Assembly (NCBI GenBank): GCA_040954595.2
Contig: CM082584.2
Location: forward strand, 606,281-670,280
Direction: 5' to 3'
DNA length: 64,000 bases
Source of the DNA: Balanoglossus misakiensis
Lineage: Eukaryota; Animalia; Hemichordata
Shown: in pieces, positions 26,401 to 39,568 of the stretch
How positions within the stretch are numbered: the first letter of the stretch is position 1
Layout of the letters: each line of letters begins with the position of its first letter
Translations under genes and position numbers: made by a program
Notes under the pieces: generated by a model
Databases searched by the model: none
What the model was told of the DNA's origin: nothing
What the model saw: only the letters and a program-made list of their open reading frames with translations

Positions 26401-29400
26401 TGCTGATTATAAAAAATGCACTCTGAATGAGCTGATTTAATACAAAATTGCGTTTTATTCGTTTTTGCACCAAAAAGGTCATTTTTAGGCAAAACATTCT
26501 TTATTTTTTTAATTCGGTGACCTGATCATATATAAGCAATTGCTTGCATGTTAAAAGTTTTTATGACTTTTAAAAGCAGTGACACTGGCGGCATTCAACA
26601 CGAAAATAACAATTTTAACCACAATTTGGTCAAAATGGTAAATTTTTGAAAATTACAAAAAATACCTGTTTTCTACATTTTCGGAAATCTGATGGAGTAT
26701 AGAATGCTCTTCGTATATATATATCGATACAAATTCCACAAAAGACCGTCTAATTTGGCTCACTGCAGACAAAATTGCGTTTTACCAAATTTTCCTTGAA
26801 AATGTCATTTTTAGAAAAATAAAATAAAAAAATCTTCGTTCTTCGAATTTGGTGCCCTGATCATATATGATATGTTGATTGTATGTTAAAACTTTCGACC
26901 ACTCCAAAAATGCAGAGATATTGACGGAATTCAAGAAAAAATAGCCATTTTGGCCATATTTTGACAAAATGGTACATTTTTAAAAAATCATAAAAAATAA
27001 ACTCTTTTCTTCATTTTCGGGAAATATTATGGAGCATGAAGTGTCGTTCTCTTGTAAAAAGTGCTGCAAATTCCAGAAAATGTGGTATAATTTGAATCAC
27101 CCAAGACAAAATTACCATTTTCGACTTGTTTTCGAAAAATTGTCTTTTTTACAAAATAAATAAGAATAAATTCTTTTCTTAGTTTCAAACGGGTAGAGAT
27201 ACTTTCCACACGGGTTTTCTAACATTGAATTCCCGTTTATCAACTCAGATTTCCTACAGCATAAGTCGGCTAAAACCCTGACACTCTAGAGCAGAAACAG
27301 TTGCACACTGATAACGTTGAACAAGTCGATTTTTCTACGGCCTGGCACGGCTAAATCTCGTCACAATATGACAGACACTAGCGTACGTTAGCAACGGTGA
27401 TCAAGTCAGATTTTCAACGGCATGGGTTGGATAAAGCCCCGGCACTCTAGAGCAGAAACACGCGTACAGAGACCACGTTGATCAAGTCTGATCTCCTACG
27501 GCTTGGCTCGACTAAAACCCCGGCACACTATGACAGACACTAGCGTTCGTTAGCAACGTTGATCAAGTCAGATTTCCTACGGCATGGCTTTGCTAAAGCC
27601 CTGACACTCTAGAGCAGAAACACGCGTACAGAGACCACGTTGATCTACTCACATTTCCTTCGGCCTGGCACGGCTGATGCCCCGGCACTATATATAGGAC
27701 ACAGACTGGCGTAAGTTAACAACGGTAATCACGTCGGGTTTCCTACGGCCTGGCTCAGCTGAAGCCCCGGCACTCTAGAGCAGAAACAGGCGTACATTGA
27801 CCACGTTGATCAAGTCAGATTTCCTACGGCGTGACTCGGCTGGTGCACCGGCTCTATATGACACAGACTGGCGTAAGTTATCAACGGTGATTACGTCGGA
27901 TTTCCTACGGCCTGGTTTAGCTGAAGCCCCGGCACTTTAGAGCGGAAACACGCGTACATTGACCACGATGATCAAGTCAGATCTCCTACGGCCTGGCTCG
28001 ACTAAAACCCCGGCACACCATGACAGACACTAGCGTTCGTTAGCAACGGTGATCAAGTCGGATTTCCTTCGGCCTGGCTCTGCAAAAGACCCGACACTCT
28101 AGTACAAAGACGTTGGCTAAGTCGGGCAAACCGAACAGGGAAAGTCACAGCGGGTCAACACTCGACATTTGTTCCGGTAGGACTGCTTTATTGCCTGTCA
28201 ATTTATAGAGAAAGCCCGAATTTAACCAGGGCGTTTCAAACACCGACGTTAGTTGGGGGCACGGCCTGCAGTACTGCCGGGTAAGCTGACATCAGCGTAC
28301 CGCATATAATGTAGGGGGGGGGGGGGAACAGAACGGTTAAATACTACATTTATCAGATATCAGCTAATTTTGGACAATCATCTTAAATGTAAATCATCTT
28401 TTCATATTTGGATATCTGATGAAGTATGAAATTTCCAATATATGTAAAAATGGTGCTGATTATAAAAAATGCACTCTGAATGAGCTGATTTAATACAAAA
28501 TTGCGTTTTATTCGTTTTTGCACCAAAAAGGTCATTTTTAGGCAAAACATTCTTTATTTTTTTAATTCGGTGACCTGATCATATATAAGCGATTGCTTGC
28601 ATGTTAAAAGTTTTTATGACTTTTAAAAGCAGTGACACTGGCGGCATTCAACACGAAAATAACAATTTTAGCCACAATTTGGTCAAAATGGTAAATTTTT
28701 GAAAATTACAAAAAATACCTGTTTTCTACATTTTCGGAAATCTGATGGAGTATAGAATGCTCTTCGTATATATATATCGATACAAATTCCACAAAAGACC
28801 GTCTAATTTGGCTCACTGCAGACAAAATTGCGTTTTACCAAATTTTCCTTGAAAATGTCATTTTTAGAAAAATAAAATAAAAAAACCTTCGTTCTTCGAA
28901 TTTGGTGCCCTGATCATATATGATATGTTGATTGTATGTTAAAACTTTCGACCACTCCAAAAATGCAGAGATATTGACGGAATTCAAGAAAAAATAGCCA
29001 TTTTGGCCATATTTTGACAAAATGGTACATTTTTAAAAAATCATAAAAAATAAACTCTTTTCTTGATTTTCGGGAAATATTATGGAGCATGAAGTGTCGT
29101 TCTCTTGTAAAAAGTGCTGCAAATTCCAGAAAATGTGGTATAATTTGAATCACCCAAGACAAAATTACCATTTTCGACTTGTTTTCGAAAAATTGTCTTT
29201 TTTACAAAATAAATAAGAATAAATTCTTTTCTTAGTTTCAAACGGGTAGAGATACTTTCCACACGGGTTTTCTAACATTGAATTCCCGTTTATCAACTCA
29301 GATTTCCTACAGCATAAGTCGGCTAAAACCCTGACACTCTAGAGCAGAAACAGTTGCACACTGATAACGTTGAACAAGTCGATTTTTCTACGGCCTGGCA

Positions 29401-32052
29401 CGGCTAAATCTCGTCACAATATGACAGACACTAGCGTACGTTAGCAACGGTGATCAAGTCAGATTTTCAACGGCATGGGTTGGATAAAGCCCCGGCACTC
29501 TAGAGCAGAAACACGCGTACAGAGACCACGTTGATCAAGTCTGATCTCCTACGGCTTGGCTCGACTAAAACCCCGGCACACTATGACAGACACTAGCGTT
29601 CGTTAGCAACGTTGATCAAGTCAGATTTCCTACGGCATGGCTTTGCTAAAGCCCTGACACTCTAGAGCAGAAACACGCGTACAGATACCACGTTGATCTA
29701 CTCACATTTCCTTCGGCCTGGCACGGCTGATGCCCCGGCACTATATATAGGACACAGACTGGCGTAAGTTAACAACGGTAATCACGTCGGGTTTCCTACG
29801 GCCTGGCTCAGCTAAAGCCCTGACACTCTAGAGCAGAAACACGCGTACAGAGACCACGTTGATCTACTCACATTTCCTTCGGCCTGGCACGGCTGGTGCA
29901 CCGGCTCTATATGACACAGACTGGCGTAAGTTATCAACGGTGATTACGTCGGATTTCCTACGGCCTGGTTTAGCTGAAGCCCCGGCACTTTAGAGCGGAA
30001 ACACGCGTACATTGACCACGTTGATCAAGTCAGATCTCCTACGGCCTGGCTCGACTAAAACCCCGGCACACCATGACAGACACTAGCGTTCGTTAGCAAC
30101 GGTGATCAAGTCGGATTTCCTTCGGCCTGGCTCTGTAAAAGACCCGACACTCTAGTACAAAGACGTTGGCTAAGTCGGGCAAACCGAACAGGGAAAGTCA
30201 CAGCGGGTCAACACTCGACATTTGTTCCGGTAGGACTGCTTTATTGCCTGTCAATTTATAGAGAAAGCCCGAATTTAACCAGGGCGTTTCAAACACCGAC
30301 GTTAGTTGGGGGCACGGCCTGCAGTACTGCCGGGTAAGCTGACATCAGCGTACCGCATATAATGTAGGGGGGGGGGGGGGGAACAGAACGGTTAAATACT
30401 ACATTTATCAGATATCAGCTAATTTTGGACAATCATCTTAAATGTAAATCATCTTTTCATATTTGGATATCTGATGAAGTATGAAATTTCCAATATATGT
30501 AAAAATGGTGCTGATTATAAAAAATGCACTCTGAATGAGCTGATTTAATACAAAATTGCGTTTTATTCGTTTTTGCACCAAAAAGGTCATTTTTAGGCAA
30601 AACATTCTTTATTTTTTTAATTCGGTGACCTGATCATATATAAGCGATTGCTTGCATGTTAAAAGTTTTTATGACTTTTAAAAGCAGTGACACTGGCGGC
30701 ATTCAACACGAAAATAACAATTTTAGCCACAATTTGGTCAAAATGGTAAATTTTTGAAAATTACAAAAAATACCTGTTTTCTACATTTTCGGAAATCTGA
30801 TGGAGTATAGAATGCTCTTCGTATATATATATCGATACAAATTCCACAAAAGACCGTCTAATTTGGCTCACTGCAGACAAAATTGCGTTTTACCAAATTT
30901 TCCTTGAAAATGTCATTTTTAGAAAAATAAAATAAAAAAACCTTCGTTCTTCGAATTTGGTGCCCTGATCATATATGATATGTTGATTGTATGTTAAAAC
31001 TTTCGACCACTCCAAAAATGCAGAGATATTGACGGAATTCAAGAAAAAATAGCCATTTTGGCCATATTTTGACAAAATGGTACATTTTTAAAAAATCATA
31101 AAAAATAAACTCTTTACTTGATTTTCGGAAATATTATGGAGCATGAAGTGTCGTTCTCTTGTAAAAAGTGCTGCAAATTCCAGAAAATGTGGTATAATTT
31201 GAATCACCCAAGACAAAATTACCATTTTCGACATGTTTTCGAAAAATTGTCTTTTTTACAAAATAAATAAGAATAAATTCTTTTCTTAGTTTCAAACGGG
31301 TAGGGATACTTTCCACACGGGTTTTCTAACATTGAATTCCCGTTCATCAACTCAGATTTCCTACAGCATAAGTCGGCTAAAACCCTGACACTCTAGAGCA
31401 GAAACAGTTGCACACTGGTAACGTTGAACAAGTCGATTTTTCTACGACCTGGCTCGGCTAAATCTCCGTCCCAATATGACAGACACTAGCGTACGTTAGC
31501 AACGGTGATCAAGTCAGATTTTCTACGGCATGGCTTGGATAAAGCCCCGGCACTCTAGAGCAAAAACACGCGTACAGAGACCACGTTGATCAAGTCTGAT
31601 CTCCTACGGCTTGGCTCGACTAAAACCCCGGCACACTATGACAGACACTAGCGTTCGTTAGCAACGTTGATCAAGTCAGATTTCCTACGGCATGGCTTTG
31701 CTAAAGCCCTGACACTCTAGAGCAGAAACACGCGTACAGAGACCACGTTGATCTACTCACATTTCCTTCGGCCTGGCACGGCTGATGCCCCGGCACTATA
31801 TATAGGACACAGACTGGCGTAAGTTAACAACGGTAATCACGTCGGGTTTCCTACGGCCTGGCTCAGCTGAAGCCCCGGCACTCTAGAGCAGAAACAGGCG
31901 TACATTGACCACGTTGATCAAGTCAGATTTCCTACGGCGTGACTCGGCTGGTGCACCGGCTCTATATGACACAGACTGGCGTAAGTTATCAACGGTGATT
32001 ACGTCGGATTTCCTACGGCCTGGTTTAGCTGAAGCCCCGGCACTTTAGAGCG
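20453..32052 (-). repeat. Composite tandem repeat, about 6 units (periods ~1,875, 1,875, 1,885, 2,054, 2,054 bp)
   Basis: Poly-G markers at ~20,626, 22,504, 24,379, 26,260, 28,314 and 30,367; 81-bp blocks of 9, 9, 9, 11 and 11 copies, last block interrupted at 32,052. Confidence 0.95.
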
Positions 32053-32141
32053 AAGAAAATGAAACTTCAGGCGACTACCAGGCCTAAATCTTCGAACACA
32101 ATCATCGCATCGCATCTTTCATCAAGAAAAACAAATCGGAG

Positions 32142-35100
32142 ATGCGGACAACTACTACTAGTACTGGTAATGTAACGGGAAGCAGCCTCGGCAACGCGAC
32201 GCCTCGTAAAACAGTAACTCTACCGAAACTCCAGCTGCAAACTTTCTCAGGCAATGTAATAGAATGGTCGAGTTTCTTCGATGTATTCAAGTCTTCGATA
32301 CATTCGGACACTAATTTGGACAACATTCAGAAGTTTACGTATTTGCGGAGTGTACTCAAAGATGAAGCAGCGAGAACAATCAACGGATTGCCACTCACCG
32401 AATCAAACTACTCGCACGCGATTGACTTATTGACCGAAAGATACGGACAAACCCATCTCATAGTAGATGCTCATATGACCGCATTGTGGAATCTACAAAG
32501 CCCAACCGCCGACGTACAAAGTTTAAGGCTTTTGTACGACTCGATTGAAAATCACGTTCGAGGTCTTCAGTTGCTGGGTAAGGAGGAAACCACATACGGC
32601 GAACTTTTGGTTCCAATAATACGGGAGAAATTACCTCCTAACATTCGAGAGCAGATAGCAAGAAAACATGGTAATGCTGCATGGACATTAGCAGATCTAC
32701 GAAAAGCCATTCAACACGAGATAAACGCCCTTCAAGCCGGCAACCGGGTCGACGAGATAACAATGGCCACTACCAGAGAACCGGAAATAACCGCGTTTCA
32801 CACGAAAACGCAGATGACAGGTAAACAGAAGTTTCGCGCCCCTGTCAAAACGTGCCCGTTCTGCAAAGGGTCACACTTCGCGTCAAATTGCACTGTGGTA
32901 ACTGATACGCGCGAGAGACTGGACATTGTGAAGAAGGACAGACTATGTTTTAATTGCTTTGGAAAACATAGAGTTGCGGAGTGTAAATCAAAATACTCCT
33001 GCAGAAAGTGTAGGAAACGTCATCACTCTGCGCTACACTACGACGTTCCCACCGCTACAACGACGCCAACCGGAGCGTCGTCCTCGCCATCGCCATCATC
33101 AAGTACTTCTGATGTCAAAGTAACATTGACTAATACCGATACATTTACGGATAAGAAGATAAACACTGGGCCAGTGCTGCTGAAAACTGCGTTTGTACCA
33201 CTGTCTGTCGGACGGGGAACCCCCATACATGCCGTCATCCTGTTTGATGAAGGAGCAAATAAGACATTCGTCACTGAGAGATTCGCCCGTCAGCTGTCCG
33301 CGAAAGCTACGCGGCACGAACACATAAAGTTATCGACCTTCGGTGGCAAGGATTCCAAAGTACGCACCATGGGATTCACCGAACTAACTGCTCATGAACT
33401 GAACGGGAATACTTCAACTATTCACGCGATGATAATTCCAGAGATATCGTCGGACTTAACAAATCACATTTCTCAGGAAGTCCACAATATGAGCCACCTG
33501 AAAGGGCTACCATTCGCACATCCAGTTTCGAGTGATCAATCGTGGCCAATTGATGTTCTAATCGGAGCCGACCAATATTGGAATTTTGTGGGCTCACACG
33601 TTATTTCTGGCGCGTCCGGCCCCACTGCTGTGTCATCCAAATTTGGATACTTACTCTCCGGACCCCTCGGAACTCCCAAAGTGGATTCTAATGCGCATAT
33701 CTTACACGTGATTTCTACTGCTGATACCAGTAACGTAGTTTCAGAGAACTCTATCAACGGACTGCATGGAGATCGCGCAACGGACATGTATACACAGATG
33801 GATAGTACTGCGATCGGCCGAGAACCACAGGTCCAAAATATGTGGGACCTTGAATTGATCGGTATTCAGGACAATCCAACAGTTGATGAACAGTTGACGT
33901 ACGAGTCTTACAGAGACACGCACTTGAGAGTTGACCGAGGAAAATACGTAGCTAAACTACCGTGGAAGGAAGATCACCCTCCACTACCCACCAACTACGA
34001 TGTCGCCATGAAACGCACTCGTAATATGATACGCAGGTTACCCTCTGAACTCATCAAGAAATATGACGACATAATCAATGAACAGAGACGTCGCGACTTC
34101 ATCGGAGAGGTTGACGAAGATGACGTGAATATCGGACACTATTTGCCACATCGTCCGGTGGTTAAGAATTCGACCACAACACCCATTCGCATCGTTTATG
34201 ATTGCTCTTGTAAGAAGGATTCTAATTATCCAAGTTTGAATGATTGCTTGCAAACTGGACCGTCATTAATAAATGACCTGCCAGCGATTCTGCTGAGATA
34301 CCGCGCCAATAACATTGCTTTCACAGCTGACATTGAGAAAGCATTCCTGAACATTCGGTTGGAAGAAGATGAGAGGAAATTCACGAAATTTCTGTGGCTG
34401 TCGGACATTAACGACCCAGAAAGTGACTTCATAACTTTGCAGTTTAAGTCTGTCTTGTTTGGAGCAGTCTGTTCCCCATTCATCCTTAATGCGGTTATCA
34501 AGACGCATTTAGAGAACAATAGTCAACTTCCCACCGCTGACAGATTGGGAAATAATATCTATGTTGATAATGTGATCGATGAAGTTGATACTGCAGAAAA
34601 CGCCATGAAATACTACCATGAAGCCAATGAGTTGATGACATCAGGCGGATTCAAACTCAGAGCATGGTCTTCCAACTGTCAACAAATAAACGAACTCGCT
34701 ACATGTGACAATCTGAACGAACCCACCGAAGATGTATCCGTTTTGGGAATGCAGTGGTCAACAAAATCTGACGAATTGACTTACTCCAAAGTGGTTAATA
34801 TGTCGTCGCGTGCCGAACTCGTGACCAAACGTGACATTGTCAGCTATGTGGCGATGCTATTTGATCCGTTTGGATTTCTCGCCCCTGTAATGATCAAAGC
34901 CAAATTGTTCATTCAGTTACTATGGAAACTGGAATTAGACTGGGATGAACCTATCAACGCAGATCTCTACACTCAATGGATGCACATCGCAGAAGATCTC
35001 AAAGACTCGCGAAACACGAAGATCGAACGACAATATTTTGATGAACTTGAAGGCGACAATGAATGCGAGCTACACGCCTTTGCAGACGCAAGCCAGAGAG

Positions 35101-37394
35101 CGTATGGGGCAGTAGTGTATTTGAAAAGAGGACAGCAAACGTCGTTTGTGATGGCGAAGACTAGAACCGCACCAGTGGCTGAAACTACACTCCCGCGACT
35201 GGAATTGATGGCTGCGTTAATAGCCACACGTCTCAGCAAGTACGCTAAAGAAGCCCTGTCCTCCAAATATGACATAGTTCGTTGTTATTTATGGAGTGAC
35301 AGCCAAATTGTCCTTCACTGGCTGAACAGTGAGAAGAGACTTCCGGTGTTTGTGAAGAATCGAGTAGATGAAATTCGCGAATTTCAGGCAACAAAGAAAT
35401 ACTGCCCATCAGAACACAACCCAGCTGATCTTTTAACCAGAGGGGTAACCTACGAAATGATGGAACGCTCTGAACTATGGCGTAATGGACCAACATGGCT
35501 AAAGACAAGCGATTGGCCTAGTTGCCCAGCATTTGATGTTAATGTGATGCATACCGCAATCGAACCAGATGAGACGGACAGATTGCCGCCGCGTTTCGGC
35601 AACGGAATCAACGATCAGTCTACCGAGAACGCAGAAATACTCGCTCCCCCCAAAGCCAGACGATGTACAGATCGCGAAAATCTGGAAATTACCAGTCCCA
35701 ATGACTACGGAATTCAACACGTTGTTGACATTTCCAGATTCAACAACTTGGATAGGCTATTACGAGTGACAAGTTATGTCCTCAGATTCATCGCACGGAT
35801 GAAAAAATCTACCGAGGTGAAACACGGGAGAATTACCCCTGATGAGCTGCACCGAGCGGAAAATATGTGGGTTAAACATATTCAACGGCACTTCTATGAC
35901 GCCGAAATCCAGTCTGTGAAATTGAACTTGAGTAAATGTGCGCCCATTGTTCGACAACTGAACTTATTTGTTGACGAAGAAGACGTACTTCTCTGTGGGA
36001 GTAGAATCCATAACGCGCCGATCGATTTCGTCACAAGATTTCCCGCCTTGATACCCTCGCATCATAAATTGACAAATTTGATAATACGGAAATCACACGA
36101 ACTGAAGCTTCACCAGGGAGTCCAATCTACAGTGACACAGATAAGGCAAAGATATTGGATCCCCAAAATTCGGATTATTGTACGCGGTGTCTTACGTGGT
36201 TGTGTCATTTGCAACAAAGTTACCGGGAAACCTTACGCGAATCCAGTGCAAGCGCCGCTACCAAGTTATCGAGTGAACATTGTCCCAGCATTTACTGTAA
36301 CAGGCGTGGATTTCACGGGTCATCTTTATACCAAGGCCAAAGATGGGACACGTGCCAAAGCCTATATCTGTTTATTCACCTGTGCGGTGACGCGTGCCAT
36401 TCACCTAGAACTGGTTCCTGATATGTCAACCCAGACGTTCATGCACGCGTTCAGAAGATTCGCCGCGAGACGTTCTTTGCCGAGTAGGATGCTGTCAGAC
36501 AACGCATCGACTTATTTATCGGCTGCCAATGAAATCAAAACACTGTTTGATACGCCAGAAGTAAATGACTTTCTCGCCGCACATCGTGTACAATGGACGT
36601 TTATACCGAAGCGCGCGCCCTGGTTTGGTGGCTTCTGGGAGAGGCTGATTGCTTTGACAAAGAACGCTATTAGGAAAACTCTCGGTCGAGCTTACCTAAC
36701 CTTTGATGAACTCGCAACAGTTGTGACTGAAATTGAAGCCGTTTTAAACGACAGGCCGTTAACGTACGTGTCATCCAGTATAAACGACAACATTGGATTG
36801 ACCCCAAATCACTTGCTACATGGCAGGACACTGACCTCATTGCCGTACATCGAGATCACCGACGAAGAGGTGATTGACCCATCTTACTGTGATAATCGTG
36901 AAATCAACAAAAGATATGAACATCTATCAAGATTACACGATCAATTTTGGCGAAGATGGTCGTCCGAGTATCTGACTGCCCTACGTGAACGACATCCCAC
37001 CAAAGGAACTCGTGATAATGTCATCAAGGTCGGAGATGTCGTGATAATACACAGTGACACTGACAAACGTCCGAAATGGCATTTAGGAACTGTAACAAGG
37101 TTGATCTTCGGTAATGATAAACTGGTACGATCTGCGGAGTTGAGCACCGCAGGTGGTCCTACAAACCGACCTATCCATAAATTGTACCCATTGGAAGTTG
37201 TCTCCAAGGAGCTGTCAACTGTGTCTGGAGATAATACAGGTATTGGAGCAGATTCCAACACGAATACTGAAACAGTCGACACAGCTGGAGCCTCTGAAGA
37301 TTCCTCGGTGAAGGCGGATGTTGTACCCCCGAGACGACCTGTCAGAGACTCTTCAGTTGCCGCTCGAGTACGAATAGCGGATCTCTCTATTTGA
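32142..37394 (+). CDS. BEL/Pao Gag-Pol polyprotein (gag, three Zn knuckles, aspartic protease, RT, RNase H, integrase), N-terminally truncated
   Basis: LPKLQLQTFSG..W..F (Pao gag); CPFC..H..C, CFNC..H..C and CRKC..HH knuckles; LFDEGA protease; YVDN RT; HAFADAS RNase H; GVDFTG, SDNA and GGFWERL integrase. Confidence 0.96.
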   Translation: MRTTTTSTGNVTGSSLGNATPRKTVTLPKLQLQTFSGNVIEWSSFFDVFKSSIHSDTNLDNIQKFTYLRSVLKDEAARTINGLPLTESNYSHAIDLLTERYGQTHLIVDAHMTALWNLQSPTADVQSLRLLYDSIENHVRGLQLLGKEETTYGELLVPIIREKLPPNIREQIARKHGNAAWTLADLRKAIQHEINALQAGNRVDEITMATTREPEITAFHTKTQMTGKQKFRAPVKTCPFCKGSHFASNCTVVTDTRERLDIVKKDRLCFNCFGKHRVAECKSKYSCRKCRKRHHSALHYDVPTATTTPTGASSSPSPSSSTSDVKVTLTNTDTFTDKKINTGPVLLKTAFVPLSVGRGTPIHAVILFDEGANKTFVTERFARQLSAKATRHEHIKLSTFGGKDSKVRTMGFTELTAHELNGNTSTIHAMIIPEISSDLTNHISQEVHNMSHLKGLPFAHPVSSDQSWPIDVLIGADQYWNFVGSHVISGASGPTAVSSKFGYLLSGPLGTPKVDSNAHILHVISTADTSNVVSENSINGLHGDRATDMYTQMDSTAIGREPQVQNMWDLELIGIQDNPTVDEQLTYESYRDTHLRVDRGKYVAKLPWKEDHPPLPTNYDVAMKRTRNMIRRLPSELIKKYDDIINEQRRRDFIGEVDEDDVNIGHYLPHRPVVKNSTTTPIRIVYDCSCKKDSNYPSLNDCLQTGPSLINDLPAILLRYRANNIAFTADIEKAFLNIRLEEDERKFTKFLWLSDINDPESDFITLQFKSVLFGAVCSPFILNAVIKTHLENNSQLPTADRLGNNIYVDNVIDEVDTAENAMKYYHEANELMTSGGFKLRAWSSNCQQINELATCDNLNEPTEDVSVLGMQWSTKSDELTYSKVVNMSSRAELVTKRDIVSYVAMLFDPFGFLAPVMIKAKLFIQLLWKLELDWDEPINADLYTQWMHIAEDLKDSRNTKIERQYFDELEGDNECELHAFADASQRAYGAVVYLKRGQQTSFVMAKTRTAPVAETTLPRLELMAALIATRLSKYAKEALSSKYDIVRCYLWSDSQIVLHWLNSEKRLPVFVKNRVDEIREFQATKKYCPSEHNPADLLTRGVTYEMMERSELWRNGPTWLKTSDWPSCPAFDVNVMHTAIEPDETDRLPPRFGNGINDQSTENAEILAPPKARRCTDRENLEITSPNDYGIQHVVDISRFNNLDRLLRVTSYVLRFIARMKKSTEVKHGRITPDELHRAENMWVKHIQRHFYDAEIQSVKLNLSKCAPIVRQLNLFVDEEDVLLCGSRIHNAPIDFVTRFPALIPSHHKLTNLIIRKSHELKLHQGVQSTVTQIRQRYWIPKIRIIVRGVLRGCVICNKVTGKPYANPVQAPLPSYRVNIVPAFTVTGVDFTGHLYTKAKDGTRAKAYICLFTCAVTRAIHLELVPDMSTQTFMHAFRRFAARRSLPSRMLSDNASTYLSAANEIKTLFDTPEVNDFLAAHRVQWTFIPKRAPWFGGFWERLIALTKNAIRKTLGRAYLTFDELATVVTEIEAVLNDRPLTYVSSSINDNIGLTPNHLLHGRTLTSLPYIEITDEEVIDPSYCDNREINKRYEHLSRLHDQFWRRWSSEYLTALRERHPTKGTRDNVIKVGDVVIIHSDTDKRPKWHLGTVTRLIFGNDKLVRSAELSTAGGPTNRPIHKLYPLEVVSKELSTVSGDNTGIGADSNTNTETVDTAGASEDSSVKADVVPPRRPVRDSSVAARVRIADLSI

Positions 37395-37566
37395 CTTTGA
37401 AATTGGAAAACAATTTCGATCGCATTGTGACTGTTATCATGTTTACTGACACAATGAACATTAGTTTATTATCCTTGAACACTTTAGGTGACTTTAATCA
37501 TATTTCATGTTATTTGATGTTTTTTTTTCTGATGATTTTCGAGACTTTCCTTTGCGCGGGGGAGAA

Positions 37567-37902
37567 TATGGAGAAGTGAGAGATTTACTCCAGAAGGATC
37601 ACGTGACGGAAACTCTTACCCTATCAGAGTTAACTTTGTTTCCCGCCAAACTTTATACTTGTAGCAAATTTATTGTAATTTTTGAGTGTTTGCTCCGGCG
37701 TTCGTGGGACTTATATATAACCCAGTTTTGGCGCTTTCGTGCAGCTTTTTGTAAGGAGCTCTGTGGTGTTACTTTGTTGTTGGATTCAGATGGTAATAAA
37801 CCAGTGTTTTACCTAGCACTGAATCGTTCGCTTCTTTTCCGACGTCAGTATACTCGAACCCCCTCCCGGGAGTATTGATCACTGCCACGATACTTCCCCA
37901 CA
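37567..37902 (+). repeat. 3' LTR (~336 bp) of the BEL/Pao element
   Basis: Starts right after the PPT; imperfect terminal inverted ends tatggagaagt...acttccccaca; TATA-like ttatatataa at 37,711-37,720 and AATAAA at 37,795-37,800; satellite resumes at once. Confidence 0.8.
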
Positions 37903-39568
37903 ATTTGGTCAAAATGGTAAATTTTTGAAAATTACAAAAAATACCCGTTTTCTACATTTTTGAAAATCTGAGTATAAAATGCTCTTCGTAACTATGTATA
38001 TATCGATACAAATTCCACAAAAGACAGTCTAATATGGCTCACTGCAGACAAAATTGCGTTTTACCAAATTTTCCTTGAAAATGTCATTTTTAGAAAAATA
38101 AATAAAAAAACCTTTGTTCTTCGAATTTGGTGCCCTGATCATATATGACATGTTGATTGTATGTTAAAACTTACGACCAATCCAAAAATGCAGAGATATT
38201 GTAACTCTTTTCTTCATTTTCGGAAATATTATGGAGCATGAAGTGTCGTTCTCTGTAAAAAGTGCTGCAAATTCCAGAAAAGGCGGTATAATTTGAATCA
38301 CCCAAGACAAAATTACCATTTTCGACTTTTTTTCGGAAAATTGTCTTTTTTACGAAATAAATAAGAATAAATTCTTTTCTTAGTTTCAAATGGGTAGAGA
38401 TACTTTCCACACGGGTTTTCTAACATTGAATTCCCGTTCATCAACTCAGATTTCCTACAGCATAAGTCGGCTAAAACCCTGACACTCTAGAGCAGAAACA
38501 GTTGCACACTGGTAACTTTGAACAAGTCGATTTTTCTACGGCCTGGCTCGGCTAAATCTCCGTCACAACATGACAGACACTAGCGTACGTTAGCAATGGT
38601 GATCAAGTCAGATTTTCTACGGCATGGCTGGGATAAAGCCCAGGCACTCTAGAGCAGAAACACGCGTACAGAGACCACGTTGATCAAGTCTGATCTCCTA
38701 CGGCTTGGCTCGACTAAAACCCAGGCACACTATGACAGACACTAGCGTTCGTTAGCAACGTTGATCAAGTCAGATTTCCTACGGCATGGCTTGGCTAAAG
38801 CCCTGGCACTCTAGAGCAGAAACAGTTGCACACTGGTAACTTTGAACAAGTCGATTTTTCTACGGCCTGGCTCGGCTAAATCTCCGTCACAACATGACAG
38901 ACACTAGCGTACGTTAGCAATGGTGATCAAGTCAGATTTTCTACGGCATGGCTGGGATAAAGCCCAGGCACTCTAGAGCAGAAACACGCGTACAGAGACC
39001 ACGTTGATCAAGTCTGATCTCCTACGGCTTGGCTCGACTAAAACCCAGGCACACTATGACAGACACTAGCGTTCGTTAGCAACGTTGATCAAGTCAGATT
39101 TCCTACGGCATGGCTTGGCTAAAGCCCTGGCACTCTAGAGCAGAAACACGCGTACAGAGACCACGTTGATCTACTCACATTTCCTTCGGCCAGGCACGGC
39201 TGATGCCCCGGCACTATATATAGGACACAGACTGGCGTAAGTTAACAACGGTAATCACGTCGGGTTTCCTACGGCCTGGCTCAGCTGAAGCCCCGGCACT
39301 CTAGAGCAGAAACAGGCGTACATTGACCACGTTCATCAAGTCAGATTTCCTACGGCGTGACTCCGCTGGTGCACCGGCTCTATATGACACAGACTGGCGT
39401 AAGTTATCAACGGTGATTACGTCGGATTTCATACGGCCTGGTTTAGCTGAAGCCCCGGCACTTTAGAGCGGAAAGACGCGTACATTGACCACGATGATCA
39501 AGTCAGATCTCCTACGGCCTGGCTCGACTAAAACTCCGGCACACCATGACAGACACTAGCGTTTGTTA

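Larger units (their letters stand above)
32053..37902 (+). mobile_element. BEL/Pao LTR retrotransposon lacking its 5' LTR and gag start
   Basis: Gag-pol ORF, polypurine tract gggggagaa (37,558-37,566) and one LTR; the 5' end joins an 81-bp monomer directly inside gag-like sequence. Confidence 0.93.

Noticed and set aside
32102-37282. Antisense and alternate-frame ORFs within the Pao element, and likewise within the LINEs
   Set aside because: Shadows of the long retroelement ORFs with no independent motifs.
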